DNA of 64,000 nt. Source: a virus. A model generated the notes under the pieces. It saw only the letters and a list, made by a program, of their open reading frames with translations. It was not told the DNA's origin and did no database searches. This document shows, piece after piece, positions 46,456-56,987 of the stretch. A program made the translations under genes and the position numbers. The stretch lies in the IMG/VR virus record IMGVR_UViG_3300045988_109352, one strand, 5' to 3'. How positions within the stretch are numbered: the stretch's first letter is position 1; each line of letters starts with the position of its first letter.

Positions 46456-49400
46456 ATGGCAGACAATAAAGATGTAGTTATTAGTGCTTCAATGTCTGAT
46501 AAGGACTTGTTATCAAGCATTGATGAAACTCTAAAGAAGACGGAAAAGCGTCTGGAAGATTTCACCAACAAGTTGGAAGGTAAGTTGGCGAGTGTGGAGG
46601 GCTTTGCCGACCAATTGGGTAAGAATATTGGTAAGGGCTTAGTTGATGGCTTTAACCAACAAATCCGTCCTTTGGAAACAAAGATTTCCGAGTTGGAAGC
46701 CAAGCTTAAAAGTTTGGGGGCAACTAATATTGCACAAGGTAATACTGCTGCCACGCAAGCTACTACTACGAATGTATCTGTAGACGTTAATTCCATGAAC
46801 CAAGCCTTGCAAGTTGCCAATAATTTGCGAGAAGTATTCTCTAAGATACAAGGGAACACAACCCGTATTAAGAATAATATGGAGCAATTGGCTACTGTAA
46901 AAACTGATGTGCAAGAGGCAAGGATTAATGTTCATGTTGCTCAAAGGGAGAAGCTGCTTCAAAGAGAAATATTGCTCCGTCAGCAGACTGCCAACTTAGC
47001 AGCAAGAATAGCAAGAGAGGAGGAGAAGAGTAGAATATCACAAGGAGGTCAAAGCTACGAAAAGGCTATGGCTATGGGCAATAAGTCAATCCAAGAAAGA
47101 ATTGAAAAGCTGAAAGCCTTGCAGATTGTACAACGTAATCTCTCCACAGATGATGCTAATTATGCTGCAAAACTTGCTACTGTAAATAAGGAAATGGCAA
47201 GTTTGAAAAAAGCAAATGCTGATGCTATCTCCTCTGGTGTTCAGCTTCAAAAGGTAAATAGCGGATTGATGGAATCCTTCAAGAACTTAGGTAAAAGAGT
47301 TCTCTTCTATGCTGGTTTAGGAGCTATCACGGGATTTGTAAAAAGTCTTATGGACGTTAGAGGTCAGTATGAATTGCTTGAACGTTCAATCGGTGCTGTA
47401 CTTAATGACTTTGAAAAAGGTTCTCAGATATTCCGGGAACAACAGACTTTAGCTCTTAAATCTCCATTTACCGTAATAGACTTGGCAAGTACAACAAAAA
47501 TGCTTGCTGCCTATAACTTTGAAGCAGAAGAACTTGTAGATGTTTCAAAACGTATTGCAGATATTAGTGCCGCTCTTGGTGTACCAATGGAACGTCTGAC
47601 CTACAACTTAGGACAGATTAGAGCACAGACTGTTCTTACAGCAAGGGATGCTCGTGACTTTGCTAATGCTGGTCTTTCTATAACTACAGAGCTTGCTAAG
47701 ATGTACACTGAACAAGAAGAAAGAATTGTTTCAGTAGGTGATGTCATGGATAGAATGTCTAATAAGATGGTTTCCTTTACTGATGTAATGAAAGTTTTAA
47801 ATCGTTATACAGATGAAGGCGGTATGTTCTATGACTTCCAAGCAAAGCAAGCTGAAACTTTAGCAGGACAGTTATCTAACTTAACCGATGCTTATGACTT
47901 CATGCTAAATGAGATTGGTAAGGAGAATCAAGGCATGTTAACCGGAAGCATATCTCTTGTAAGAAGTCTGTTTGAGAATTGGCGAAGTGTAGCTAATATA
48001 TTGACAGTTGTTGCTACTGCTTTGGGTGTATATAAGACAGCTCAAATAGCAGTTGCTACTGTACAACTTGCTGCTAATATGAATTTACGCAAGTATTCAG
48101 AATATTTGGTAATAGCAAGAAAGGCATTGAGAGATAAGGCTGCTGCGACAAAGCTTGCAGAAGCTTCAACTCAAAACTTGAATAAAACTCTTCTTGCCGT
48201 TGCAAAGAATCCTTATGCGGTAATAATTGCTGGATTAGCTGCTTTGGGAGTTGCTATTTATCAAGCATACACAAATGCCACTAAGTTTAGGAAAGAACTG
48301 GAAAGCATTACTGCTGGCGGTCTTATAAATGCACAGCAAATGACTTCTGACTTTGACGCTTTAGTAAAGAAGTTAAATGAATCGGAAAAAGGAAGTAGAA
48401 ATTTCAGCGATGCTTTGAAGGAGATAAACAATACTTATGGCTCATATCTCCCCAATATGTTGACTGAAATCAACTATGCTTCTGAACTTGCTAAAAATTA
48501 CAATAAAGTTGTAGATGCTATTTATAATAAAGCAAAGTCACAAGCTCTTGAAAAGAGTTATCAAGTAATAACAGAAAAGTACTCTGAACAACAACAAGAT
48601 GCTATTGCCAATATTATAGAGAAAATGACAGAAGGAGGTATCTCTAAAGTAAATGCACAAGAGATTACCCGAAACTTTGTTGCAAGTTTGGATAAAGGAC
48701 TTTCCAAAGGTGAAACTTATATGGCAAGATTCTACTCTATCTCTAAGAAGTATCTTGGCGGTTCTACTGCTGAAATGGAAAAGCTTAATCCAGTTGTTCA
48801 GTCTTTATTTGGTTCATCCGGAAGCATTGACAAGTTAGGTAAGGCGATTACAGAGCAAAAGAAGGCTATTCAAGAAGTTCGTGAAGCCAGTGATATTATC
48901 AGCAATAGACCAACTTATTCCAGTGTAATAGAAGGTCAAGCAATAGATAATATCAATGAGAAATATAAGAAGCTGGAACAAAATCAGAAGAACGAGAAGC
49001 TAAGACTTATCGAACTTCAAGCTGCATATAAGAAACTTGGCAATACTTATATGTACGACCAGATAACCGAACAACTTCAAAAGTACAATGTAGAGTTAAA
49101 GGATTGGCAGAAGAATGTTAATTCTATTGTTCAGAAAGCTGGAGGTGGTGCTGGTGCAGGCTTTGCCATTAAGCAGGATGAAGATATTTGGAGTTATATT
49201 GACCGATTGAAAAAGGAATATAGGTCGCTTACTGCACAACAAGAAGAAATATCTAAAGGTCTTACTGCAAGTCCCGAAGAAAAAGAATATGTTGCCAATC
49301 GTTTGAAAGTTGCAAGACAAATTGCCTCTGCATTAAATCTTGACCTTAGCACTCAAAAAGAGATGAATAAGGCAAAGAAGGAGGAAATGGATTTATTGAA

Positions 49401-51792
49401 GCAACAGATTAAGTTGGTAGATGATATTCAAAAGAAGTTCTTGCAGCTTGTGAAAGACACTGGCAATATAACCTATGCTACCGAAAAAGTGAAGGAAGCT
49501 TACCAAGACTTATTCGACAATGCGTTTAAGGGTGTCAGTGTTGATATTAACGACTTGATTACCTTTGATAAAGGTAGTGCTCCAAAGTTCTATAATAAGA
49601 TAGCTGAAACCCTCAAATCGCCAGAAGCTAAACAGTTGGTTGCCGGGAAGAAGGCACAGAGCGAGATTGAATATTCCATCTCTATTAATTCTGCAAGTGT
49701 TGCTTTGGCAAAACGTAAGATTGAGGGAATGTTCCAAGGCTATGAATTAGAATTGGATATTGAAGGCGCTGGGCAGTTCGGTTCACTGTTTGCTGGTTTG
49801 TTTGAGTATGACCCCGTTTCACTTGAACAGTTGGAAGCTGATGTCAACGCTACATTGAATAATCTGAAAAGTAATGTTTCATCTTTCCAAGAAGAACAAA
49901 AGAGATTACAAGACTTAATCAATCAGAATCCTAACGACACAAGGGTTGACAGTTGGAAAAGTTCTCTTGACACACTTGTTAAGAATGAGAGTGACGCTTC
50001 AAAGGCTATTGAAGATATTCAGAAAAGGTTAAGCGATACTATCAAGAAAGCTGCATTGGATGATTTTAAGAACTTCCAATCTATAGCAGACAAGTACGCT
50101 GAAATGGAGGATAAGATAGCGGAGGTCGAAAGAAAACGTTTAGAAGACCAAGCTTCTATCTCCAATAGAGTTACTGATGCAACTTCTGATTTGGCGAAGC
50201 TGGAATTGCAGTTGTCTGTGACCGAAAGCCCCAATGTAAGAGCAGAGATAGAAAGTGAGATTGAAGAAATACAAAACTTTATAAACGAGAAAGCCCCAAA
50301 GCTCTCTCTTGCTGTTGATACTGGTGCGGAACAAGAAAAGACTAAGATAGCTTTTGAGGAATGGAAGAATACTTCCAATGCTTGGGAGAAGTCGTTTCAA
50401 GACTTAAGTATTATAGGTACTATCTCTTTAAATCAAATGATTGACGAGATAACTAAGTTTGCAGAGGCTAATAAAGCTAATATGCCAATAGACCAATACA
50501 AAGAACTATTAGCACGGATTAAGGCTTTAAAGACCGAAGTAAATTCTCGTAACCCATTTGCTGCTCTTGCCAACCAAGTTAAAAACTTAAAAGATAAGCT
50601 GAAAGAAAGCGAAAATCCTTTTAAAGACTTATTAGCTAATATAGAAGAACTTGGAATGATGGTAAGTTCTGTAGGGAATATATTTGAGCAGATGGGATTT
50701 TCGGAAGGTGTCACTGATACTATCTCAACAGTAGGAGAAACTATACAAGGAGTTGCCCAAGCTGCTGATGGAGTTAAAGATATAATGTCGGGCAATTTTA
50801 TTAGCGGTGGTATAAAGGCTGTTGGTGGTATCTGGAAAGGAGTATCAGCCATATTCAATGCCGGGAACAAGAAAATTACAAGAGAGGTTGAAAAGAGTGA
50901 GAGAAGAGTTAAGCAATTAGAGAACGCTTATAAGAATCTTGAACGTGCTGTTGATAAGTCGATGGGTAAAGCTGAAATTTCAGCGCAGAAGGCAGCTATT
51001 GCAAATCAGAAGGCACAGCTTGCAGAAGTTCAACGTCAGCTTCAACTTGAAAAGAGCCGGAAGAAGAAAAACCGCGACCAAGACAAAATCATAGAATTAG
51101 AGGGTCAAGTTACCGACTTACAGAATGCCATTGATGATGCTACTACTAATATAGTAAACACTTTGCTCGGTACAGATGTAAAATCTGCCGCAGAAAGCTT
51201 TGCCGATTCTTGGATTTCAGCTTGGAAAGAAGGTGCTGATACAATGGAAAATTTAGAGGAGAGCTTCGATGATTTAATAACAAATATGATTGTCAAGTCG
51301 CTTGCTTCTACGATTGTCGGAGAACGGTTAAAGAGCATGTTTGCTATGGTTAAGAGATTTACCGAAGAAAACTCTGCTGGCGGTGTAGGTATCACTACCG
51401 AAGAAGCCAAACAGATAGCTGACTTAGGTAAAGAGTTAATTCCTTTGATAAACGAGGACTTAAAGAACTTGATGGGTCAGCTTGGTATAGAGTTCGGTAG
51501 TGGAGTGAAAGACGCAGCCCTTTCTTCCTTACAGAAAGGAATCTCTTCGGTGACCGAAGAAACTGCTGGGGCTATTGAAGCTTATTTAAATATGGTTAGT
51601 GGGCAAGTGTTCCAACAAACTACTATTCTGCAAGGTATATGGGATATGACTAATGTCAATGCAGGAACGATGTCGCAGATGTTACTTCAAATGAGAAGTA
51701 GTTATCAGATACTTCAAGCCATTCAAGTTTGGACGGTAAATATTTCTACTGCCGCAGGAAATGGTGTAAATGTTAGGATATTACCCGATTAA
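46456..51792 (+). CDS. tape measure protein
   Basis: 1778 aa, long coiled-coil composition with central hydrophobic segments, after the chaperone pair. Confidence 0.85.
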   Translation: MADNKDVVISASMSDKDLLSSIDETLKKTEKRLEDFTNKLEGKLASVEGFADQLGKNIGKGLVDGFNQQIRPLETKISELEAKLKSLGATNIAQGNTAATQATTTNVSVDVNSMNQALQVANNLREVFSKIQGNTTRIKNNMEQLATVKTDVQEARINVHVAQREKLLQREILLRQQTANLAARIAREEEKSRISQGGQSYEKAMAMGNKSIQERIEKLKALQIVQRNLSTDDANYAAKLATVNKEMASLKKANADAISSGVQLQKVNSGLMESFKNLGKRVLFYAGLGAITGFVKSLMDVRGQYELLERSIGAVLNDFEKGSQIFREQQTLALKSPFTVIDLASTTKMLAAYNFEAEELVDVSKRIADISAALGVPMERLTYNLGQIRAQTVLTARDARDFANAGLSITTELAKMYTEQEERIVSVGDVMDRMSNKMVSFTDVMKVLNRYTDEGGMFYDFQAKQAETLAGQLSNLTDAYDFMLNEIGKENQGMLTGSISLVRSLFENWRSVANILTVVATALGVYKTAQIAVATVQLAANMNLRKYSEYLVIARKALRDKAAATKLAEASTQNLNKTLLAVAKNPYAVIIAGLAALGVAIYQAYTNATKFRKELESITAGGLINAQQMTSDFDALVKKLNESEKGSRNFSDALKEINNTYGSYLPNMLTEINYASELAKNYNKVVDAIYNKAKSQALEKSYQVITEKYSEQQQDAIANIIEKMTEGGISKVNAQEITRNFVASLDKGLSKGETYMARFYSISKKYLGGSTAEMEKLNPVVQSLFGSSGSIDKLGKAITEQKKAIQEVREASDIISNRPTYSSVIEGQAIDNINEKYKKLEQNQKNEKLRLIELQAAYKKLGNTYMYDQITEQLQKYNVELKDWQKNVNSIVQKAGGGAGAGFAIKQDEDIWSYIDRLKKEYRSLTAQQEEISKGLTASPEEKEYVANRLKVARQIASALNLDLSTQKEMNKAKKEEMDLLKQQIKLVDDIQKKFLQLVKDTGNITYATEKVKEAYQDLFDNAFKGVSVDINDLITFDKGSAPKFYNKIAETLKSPEAKQLVAGKKAQSEIEYSISINSASVALAKRKIEGMFQGYELELDIEGAGQFGSLFAGLFEYDPVSLEQLEADVNATLNNLKSNVSSFQEEQKRLQDLINQNPNDTRVDSWKSSLDTLVKNESDASKAIEDIQKRLSDTIKKAALDDFKNFQSIADKYAEMEDKIAEVERKRLEDQASISNRVTDATSDLAKLELQLSVTESPNVRAEIESEIEEIQNFINEKAPKLSLAVDTGAEQEKTKIAFEEWKNTSNAWEKSFQDLSIIGTISLNQMIDEITKFAEANKANMPIDQYKELLARIKALKTEVNSRNPFAALANQVKNLKDKLKESENPFKDLLANIEELGMMVSSVGNIFEQMGFSEGVTDTISTVGETIQGVAQAADGVKDIMSGNFISGGIKAVGGIWKGVSAIFNAGNKKITREVEKSERRVKQLENAYKNLERAVDKSMGKAEISAQKAAIANQKAQLAEVQRQLQLEKSRKKKNRDQDKIIELEGQVTDLQNAIDDATTNIVNTLLGTDVKSAAESFADSWISAWKEGADTMENLEESFDDLITNMIVKSLASTIVGERLKSMFAMVKRFTEENSAGGVGITTEEAKQIADLGKELIPLINEDLKNLMGQLGIEFGSGVKDAALSSLQKGISSVTEETAGAIEAYLNMVSGQVFQQTTILQGIWDMTNVNAGTMSQMLLQMRSSYQILQAIQVWTVNISTAAGNGVNVRILPD

Positions 51793-51796
51793 TTAA

Positions 51797-51804
51797 TATA
51801 TTTG
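51797..51804 (+). promoter_or_regulatory. -7 promoter box TATATTTG for the antirepressor gene
   Basis: Exact TAnnTTTG 5 nt after the tape-measure stop. Confidence 0.5.
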
Positions 51805-51806
51805 TA

Positions 51807-51869
51807 GTGAGGGAGATAGATAAAGGTCGCTCCTTTGTTGAAAGTGGTTACGGTGCACTTCTCCCTCAC
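51807..51869 (+). promoter_or_regulatory. long hairpin leader
   Basis: 9-bp stem GTGAGGGAG (51807-51815) / CTCCCTCAC (51861-51869) starting 2 nt after the -7 box. Confidence 0.4.
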
Positions 51870-51899
51870 TATTATTAATACCGTATAAACATCGTAAAT

Positions 51900-52652
51900 A
51901 TGAAAGAAAATAATGATTTAGGAATATTGATTCCTATTAAAGAGAACAACGGACAAAAAGCGGTTAACGCACGTGATTTACATGCTTTTCTTGAAAGCAA
52001 GCAACAATTTGCTGATTGGATAAAAGGGAGAATCAGTAGATATGATTTTGAGGAAGGAAAAGATTTTGAAGTACTTTGCTTTGACTATCAAGGTAACTTA
52101 TTGAATATCAGACATCATAATTTTATGAAGACTGATAATCAGCAAGTTAGTAAAATAGAATATGCACTGTCAATTGGAATGGCTAAGGAGTTGTCAATGC
52201 TTGAAAACAATGAACGAGGAAAGCAGGCAAGAAAGTATTTCATTACATGTGAGGAGAAGGCTGTTTCCGGTATCACATTGCCTAACTTCAATAATCCGGC
52301 AGAAGCCGCAAGAGCATGGGCTTTGGAGTATGAAGCAAAACAGCAGGCGTTACTTGAAGCTAAGGAGGCACAAGACAATGTTAAACGCTTGGTGCATGAT
52401 TCTAAAACTTATACTGCTGGCGAGATTGCAAAGGAAGTTGGTTTGAGGTCTGCAATAGAACTTAACAATCGGTTAGCTAAGATGGAAGTTCAGTTTAAGC
52501 AAAACGGTACATGGCTATTATATGCCAAGTATGCCGACTTAGGTTACACTTCTGTTAAGCAAACTGTATTAGATAACGGACGCATTATTTATGATAGAAG
52601 GTGGACGGGTGCTGGACGTGATTTTATAGTTTCCTTATTTAAAGAAGAATGA
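51900..52652 (+). CDS. phage antirepressor (AntA/Bro-N-like N-terminus, KilAC-like C-terminus)
   Basis: GQKAVNARDLHAFLESKQQFADWIKGRI N-terminal motif. C-terminal YTAGEIAKEVGLRSAIELNNRLAKMEVQF...RWTGAGRDFI. Confidence 0.75.
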   Translation: MKENNDLGILIPIKENNGQKAVNARDLHAFLESKQQFADWIKGRISRYDFEEGKDFEVLCFDYQGNLLNIRHHNFMKTDNQQVSKIEYALSIGMAKELSMLENNERGKQARKYFITCEEKAVSGITLPNFNNPAEAARAWALEYEAKQQALLEAKEAQDNVKRLVHDSKTYTAGEIAKEVGLRSAIELNNRLAKMEVQFKQNGTWLLYAKYADLGYTSVKQTVLDNGRIIYDRRWTGAGRDFIVSLFKEE

Positions 52653-53230
52653 TGGAGCATAACTTACTATACTTTTACAAAAACTCTTTGTTACGGGACT
52701 TGTGTAGCGAGTACAATAAGGAGTGGAAAGCCTGCAAGGAGGATAGAGAGAAGCTAATGCAGCTTGCCTTGCAGCAACAGAGTATTCCATATATGGCAAC
52801 TTCAATGTATGAAGGCTGGGGAATGTCCGTAGACTTTTTGAAAAGGGAGTTTGCTGACTATATAAATGGGAAGCACACTTTTAATAATGTTGATGGAGTG
52901 GATGGTTATACTTACTCTATGTGGGTAGATAATCACGATTATATAACCTTAAAAGAGGACGTTTCTCACTTCGTCCAATGTGATAGCCGCATATCGGTAC
53001 AAGAAACTAAATGCCCAACTATATATATATCTAACAAGTCTAATGTTCACTTGGAATTAGACGGATTCAATGCCATACGTATCTATCTGTTTGATGAAAG
53101 TGTTTTGACTATTGACTATGTAGACGTACACAGTAATGTTGTAGTCTATATGTATTCTCCCAAATGTGAAGTGAAGGTTTTAGAGAATGATGGTAAAGTA
53201 AAAATGTTCACTAAAGACTTACGATTATGA
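52649..53230 (+). CDS. hypothetical protein
   Basis: 193-aa ORF, ATGA coupling. Confidence 0.65.
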   Translation: MMEHNLLYFYKNSLLRDLCSEYNKEWKACKEDREKLMQLALQQQSIPYMATSMYEGWGMSVDFLKREFADYINGKHTFNNVDGVDGYTYSMWVDNHDYITLKEDVSHFVQCDSRISVQETKCPTIYISNKSNVHLELDGFNAIRIYLFDESVLTIDYVDVHSNVVVYMYSPKCEVKVLENDGKVKMFTKDLRL

Positions 53231-53622
53231 AACAACCAAGAAACATATTATGCGATAAGAGCGCAGCTACAGTGTTCTATAAAGCAGAAGGTGGAAAGAA
53301 TGTTCAAGAGCCATTGCCCGAAAAGATAATGAATCTGTTCTTATCTTCTTCTCCCTTAGTCCCAACTTTAGCACCATTTACAAAAGAAGACCCGGAATTT
53401 GTTGCATTGTTGGATAATGCTTATGAACACATAGCAAATCAAAAAGATTTTTTGACTTTTTCTTTGACGCATCCGAATAAATATTATAATGTTTATGTGT
53501 CTAAATCAATAGAGAAGGCAGAAGATGCACCAGAGGGAATACCGGATATGGAAAATGATTATTTAGTATTGAATATCTCATTAGGTGCTAATTATATAGA
53601 TTTCTATATAACCAACGCATGA
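53227..53622 (+). CDS. hypothetical protein
   Basis: 131-aa ORF, ATGA coupling. Confidence 0.6.
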   Translation: MKQPRNILCDKSAATVFYKAEGGKNVQEPLPEKIMNLFLSSSPLVPTLAPFTKEDPEFVALLDNAYEHIANQKDFLTFSLTHPNKYYNVYVSKSIEKAEDAPEGIPDMENDYLVLNISLGANYIDFYITNA

Positions 53623-54113
53623 GATGTGTATTATTTATCTTATACGCCATTCTGATTATGTTAGGAGCAAATATATATTTCGTAAAAGCTGGTATTGAAG
53701 ACTATACCGACTTCACAGTTAAATGGAAAGGTCTTCGTATATTGAAGATGGACGGATTTCTTGCACAAGGAGAACCCAAGAATATCTATACGGCTTCTTG
53801 GATTAACAGCAACAAGGAAGATGTCTTCGTACCGGATAAAGTGTGCTACGAAAATCCCGATGTAGAGATTTCGTTTATCATAGATGATTTCCACGATAGT
53901 ACGGTTGATGTCCGTGCGGTTCACAAGAACTTCATTAGTTATATGACGAGCCACCAAGTGACTATCAAATCTGAATATGCTGGTGCAGAAAGTAAGTTTG
54001 TATGTTTAGATTCTTATGAACCTACAACTATAATAGTTAATCGCCCTACTGGTAGGAACTATATTATGGGTACTTTGACTATGCACCGTATAGACGAGAA
54101 TACCTATCTTTAA
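53619..54113 (+). CDS. hypothetical protein with N-terminal signal/TM
   Basis: 164 aa, MRCVLFILYAILIMLGANIYF. Confidence 0.6.
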   Translation: MRCVLFILYAILIMLGANIYFVKAGIEDYTDFTVKWKGLRILKMDGFLAQGEPKNIYTASWINSNKEDVFVPDKVCYENPDVEISFIIDDFHDSTVDVRAVHKNFISYMTSHQVTIKSEYAGAESKFVCLDSYEPTTIIVNRPTGRNYIMGTLTMHRIDENTYL

Positions 54114-54315
54114 CTAATAAAAAAGCACCTACTTCGCAGCAGATGCTTTAAAAATGAAAAAACACAAAGTCGAATAACCTATATAGTTAAGATACAATGT
54201 ATTATGAAGAATGATATGAAAAAGAAAGTGAGAGTTGTTAACGGCTTCAATGCTGCTACGGGTAGCTCAAAGCCATGTTTTTTACCAAGTTCTCTTAGAA
54301 CTAAATAGTTTATTT

Positions 54316-55410
54316 ATGCCAATATCAAGTGGGAAAATCGTAGCACCCGTCAGTATTGATGATGTCCGCACAGCATTGGGTGTATCGAGTTATGATTTAG
54401 GTTATTTGTGCAAGAATACTCATGGTAAAACAAATATGTGGGCAAAGTATAAGCCCGTAATATACCCATCAGAAAATATCAATCTTACAAACTCAAATTG
54501 GTGGAAAAGTAGTAATGGGAATTGTGGTATTGATACAAGCGGTGCGCAGGCTGGTACTTATAAGGATATAGTAAGTAAAATGACTTCTGACGGAGCAAAT
54601 GGATATAAGTATTCACCGCCACAAGGAGGAAGCAATGCACCTTTCCGGCTTCTTGACTTTGAAGGGTATATGCCGGAAGCAATGGCGCCAATTCACTCGT
54701 TTACAGTTCCAAAGCAAGTAGATAATCTAAGTGGCAGCACCTTTTTTGCCACAGTAGCTTATAATCCATCATCTTCAACGGGAGAAAGTCTATCGTTAAG
54801 TGATATAGGTGGATTGGTATGGCAGGGTGTGACTTATACATTAGGGGATATGTACTTTGGTGTATATATGGTTCAGAAAGGAGGAACAAGGTCGCAACGA
54901 CTGACTGCTGACAGTCCAGGGACAATGCTGGTACAAGTACCAGTTGGAGGATTGCCAGTAAACACATATAATGTCTATCCCTTCTTGTCTACTGTAAAGC
55001 TTGGCATACTGGACGCGGATAAGGATGCTGGCTATTTCACTTTGCCTAATACTAAGGTTGCCGAGATACAAGTAGTAAGTACCACATATAATATCATCAT
55101 CAATGCTGGTATTGGAATGATTGCAACTGCATTGACCGTGACTGTTCAAGTCAAGAACCCGACAAGTTCAAGCAAGACCTTTACTAATAATTCGCTGTGG
55201 GTTCGCTTCGCTAAATATGACTTGTTTGACCCACTGATGATTGGTGAAACAAAATTAGAGTTAGGAACATTCACTGTGGCTGCTGGTGAAACATACACAG
55301 TTATCAGAAAGACATTTGATATAGAAGCAGACGAATCCTATAAAGTCTGGGTTACTCTTGATTCATCGAGATATACAGATTCCGTAGTACCTCTACGACC
55401 AATAACGTAA
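54316..55410 (+). CDS. hypothetical protein (possibly virion-associated)
   Basis: Start set at MPISSGKIVAPVSIDDV. 364 aa, beta-rich composition. Confidence 0.6.
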   Translation: MPISSGKIVAPVSIDDVRTALGVSSYDLGYLCKNTHGKTNMWAKYKPVIYPSENINLTNSNWWKSSNGNCGIDTSGAQAGTYKDIVSKMTSDGANGYKYSPPQGGSNAPFRLLDFEGYMPEAMAPIHSFTVPKQVDNLSGSTFFATVAYNPSSSTGESLSLSDIGGLVWQGVTYTLGDMYFGVYMVQKGGTRSQRLTADSPGTMLVQVPVGGLPVNTYNVYPFLSTVKLGILDADKDAGYFTLPNTKVAEIQVVSTTYNIIINAGIGMIATALTVTVQVKNPTSSSKTFTNNSLWVRFAKYDLFDPLMIGETKLELGTFTVAAGETYTVIRKTFDIEADESYKVWVTLDSSRYTDSVVPLRPIT

Positions 55411-55479
55411 CAATAGAAAAGGGGAACTTTCACAAGCTCCCCCTAACCTCTAAATAAACTATGTAATATGCAACAAATA

Positions 55480-55926
55480 CTATTCTCCTACAAGAACTTC
55501 CTGCAAGTCCATGATGGTACTTACATTGAAGTCGTTGGAAGCGATGTACTTTCCGAAAGCGTCCTCACTCAACTTGTCATAGGTGAGTTCGTTCTCCTTG
55601 TCGCCCTCTTCTTTCATCAGCTCCTCAATGGTATTGTTGAAGTTTTGGAAATACTCATTGAGTTCCTTGCGCTCCTCAAAGGAGTATTCAACTTCCTTTC
55701 CTTGTGACTGCATTTCCTGCCAGTGTTGGGCTTTCTTCTGCATCTCTTCCATTTTATCGTCTTTCAGCTTCTCGTGTGTCAGCTTGACAAACTCCTCATA
55801 GCCTTCACTGATTGGCTTAATGGCTCTCAATGCTTTAATAACTTTAAACTTGTCAGCATCCTCCATCTTAGTGAGTTTGCTGTCGTTCATTGTTTTATAA
55901 ACGCTTACAATTTTAGATGTTTTCAT
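55480..55926 (-). CDS. acidic hypothetical protein
   Basis: 148-aa ORF. Confidence 0.65.
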   Translation of the reverse strand: MKTSKIVSVYKTMNDSKLTKMEDADKFKVIKALRAIKPISEGYEEFVKLTHEKLKDDKMEEMQKKAQHWQEMQSQGKEVEYSFEERKELNEYFQNFNNTIEELMKEEGDKENELTYDKLSEDAFGKYIASNDFNVSTIMDLQEVLVGE

Positions 55927-55950
55927 TATTATATTGTTTTTAAAATGTTT

Positions 55951-55984
55951 CTATAAAAAGCATCTATTTTCACAAACCGATGCT
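55951..55984 (-). terminator. intrinsic terminator (minus strand)
   Basis: AGCAUC-N14-GAUGCU followed by UUUUUAU on the minus strand. Confidence 0.5.
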
Positions 55985-56025
55985 CAAAATGAATAACTTA
56001 CAAAGTTTTAATAAATAAAGGCATG

Positions 56026-56637
56026 TTAATAGTATCTTTCCTTTTCCTCACTCCATACAAACTGATGGTCGCAATGCTTGCATTTAGAATTGACGCCACG
56101 AGGGAGGTCAATTTCTTTTCCGCAGTTGGGGCATACAGCATTATATGGAGGATAGACTTGGATAAAGTGTCGGTTGAACTTGGCAACCCCATCCTCTCCG
56201 GAATCTCCGAACTTATCCACGTATATTTTGATGGCGTTGAGCAAGTCCTTTGCATCGGCTGCGTCAATGTCCTTGTATTTCTCTTTCAAGAACTTCGCCA
56301 ATATCTTTCTTAAGTCTTCTGCGTTGAAGTCAATATCTTCAAGCTGCAAGGCAGTATCTTTGATATTCCTATCGTGCTCTGTCCTAAGAAACCTTATAGT
56401 TTCTTTAATATCTGTCCGTTCAAGATAGTCTGTAACCTCCAAGCTACATCTTTCACGGAACTTAGGTATTTGTTCTTCGGTTTTCTTTTCGTACTCTTTC
56501 CCTCTGATAGTAACCATATAAGATTGTATCTCATTGATACCAATAGCTACCATCAGTGAAAAAGAGAAGTCAAGAGGAGAGAGGTTATCTACCCCTCTTG
56601 ATTTCATCAAGCTCTTTGTCTGCTCGTAATTAACCAT
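56026..56637 (-). CDS. hypothetical protein with C-terminal zinc ribbon
   Basis: CPNCGKEIDLPRGVNSKCKHCDHQF. Confidence 0.65.
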   Translation of the reverse strand: MVNYEQTKSLMKSRGVDNLSPLDFSFSLMVAIGINEIQSYMVTIRGKEYEKKTEEQIPKFRERCSLEVTDYLERTDIKETIRFLRTEHDRNIKDTALQLEDIDFNAEDLRKILAKFLKEKYKDIDAADAKDLLNAIKIYVDKFGDSGEDGVAKFNRHFIQVYPPYNAVCPNCGKEIDLPRGVNSKCKHCDHQFVWSEEKERYY

Positions 56638-56921
56638 TATTTCAATGCTTCTGCTTTGATGTCTTCAATTACAGAATCAATAAGGTCACAAGCCTCTACT
56701 TCGATTTCCTTTGAGCCGTTGTAGCTTCTGTTTACTTGTCCCCCATCGGATTCAGAGTAAGAGAAGTTGCCGTACTGTCCGGTAGTAGAGTTTACACTAC
56801 CATTGAATGAATCAATCAATGATTGTGAGTTGATTGTAGCGTCACCTTCCAATGTGATAGTGCCAGTTGTGTTAGACACATGATAGGAAAGTCGCTTGTT
56901 GGTAAAAGTTGTTCCAGCCAT
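56637..56921 (-). CDS. hypothetical protein
   Basis: 94-aa ORF. Confidence 0.6.
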   Translation of the reverse strand: MAGTTFTNKRLSYHVSNTTGTITLEGDATINSQSLIDSFNGSVNSTTGQYGNFSYSESDGGQVNRSYNGSKEIEVEACDLIDSVIEDIKAEALK

Positions 56922-56952
56922 TTCGTTAAATATTTAAGTTTAGACTTCGCTA

Positions 56953-56987
56953 CAAATGTAGCTTAAATCTGTGAAAGTTCCAAAAAA
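56953..56987 (-). promoter_or_regulatory. phage promoter, class TTTTTTGGAAC-N-TTC / N12 / TACATTTG
   Basis: Minus strand TTTTTTGGAACTTTC (56973-56987), 12-nt gap, TACATTTG (56953-56960). Confidence 0.55.
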
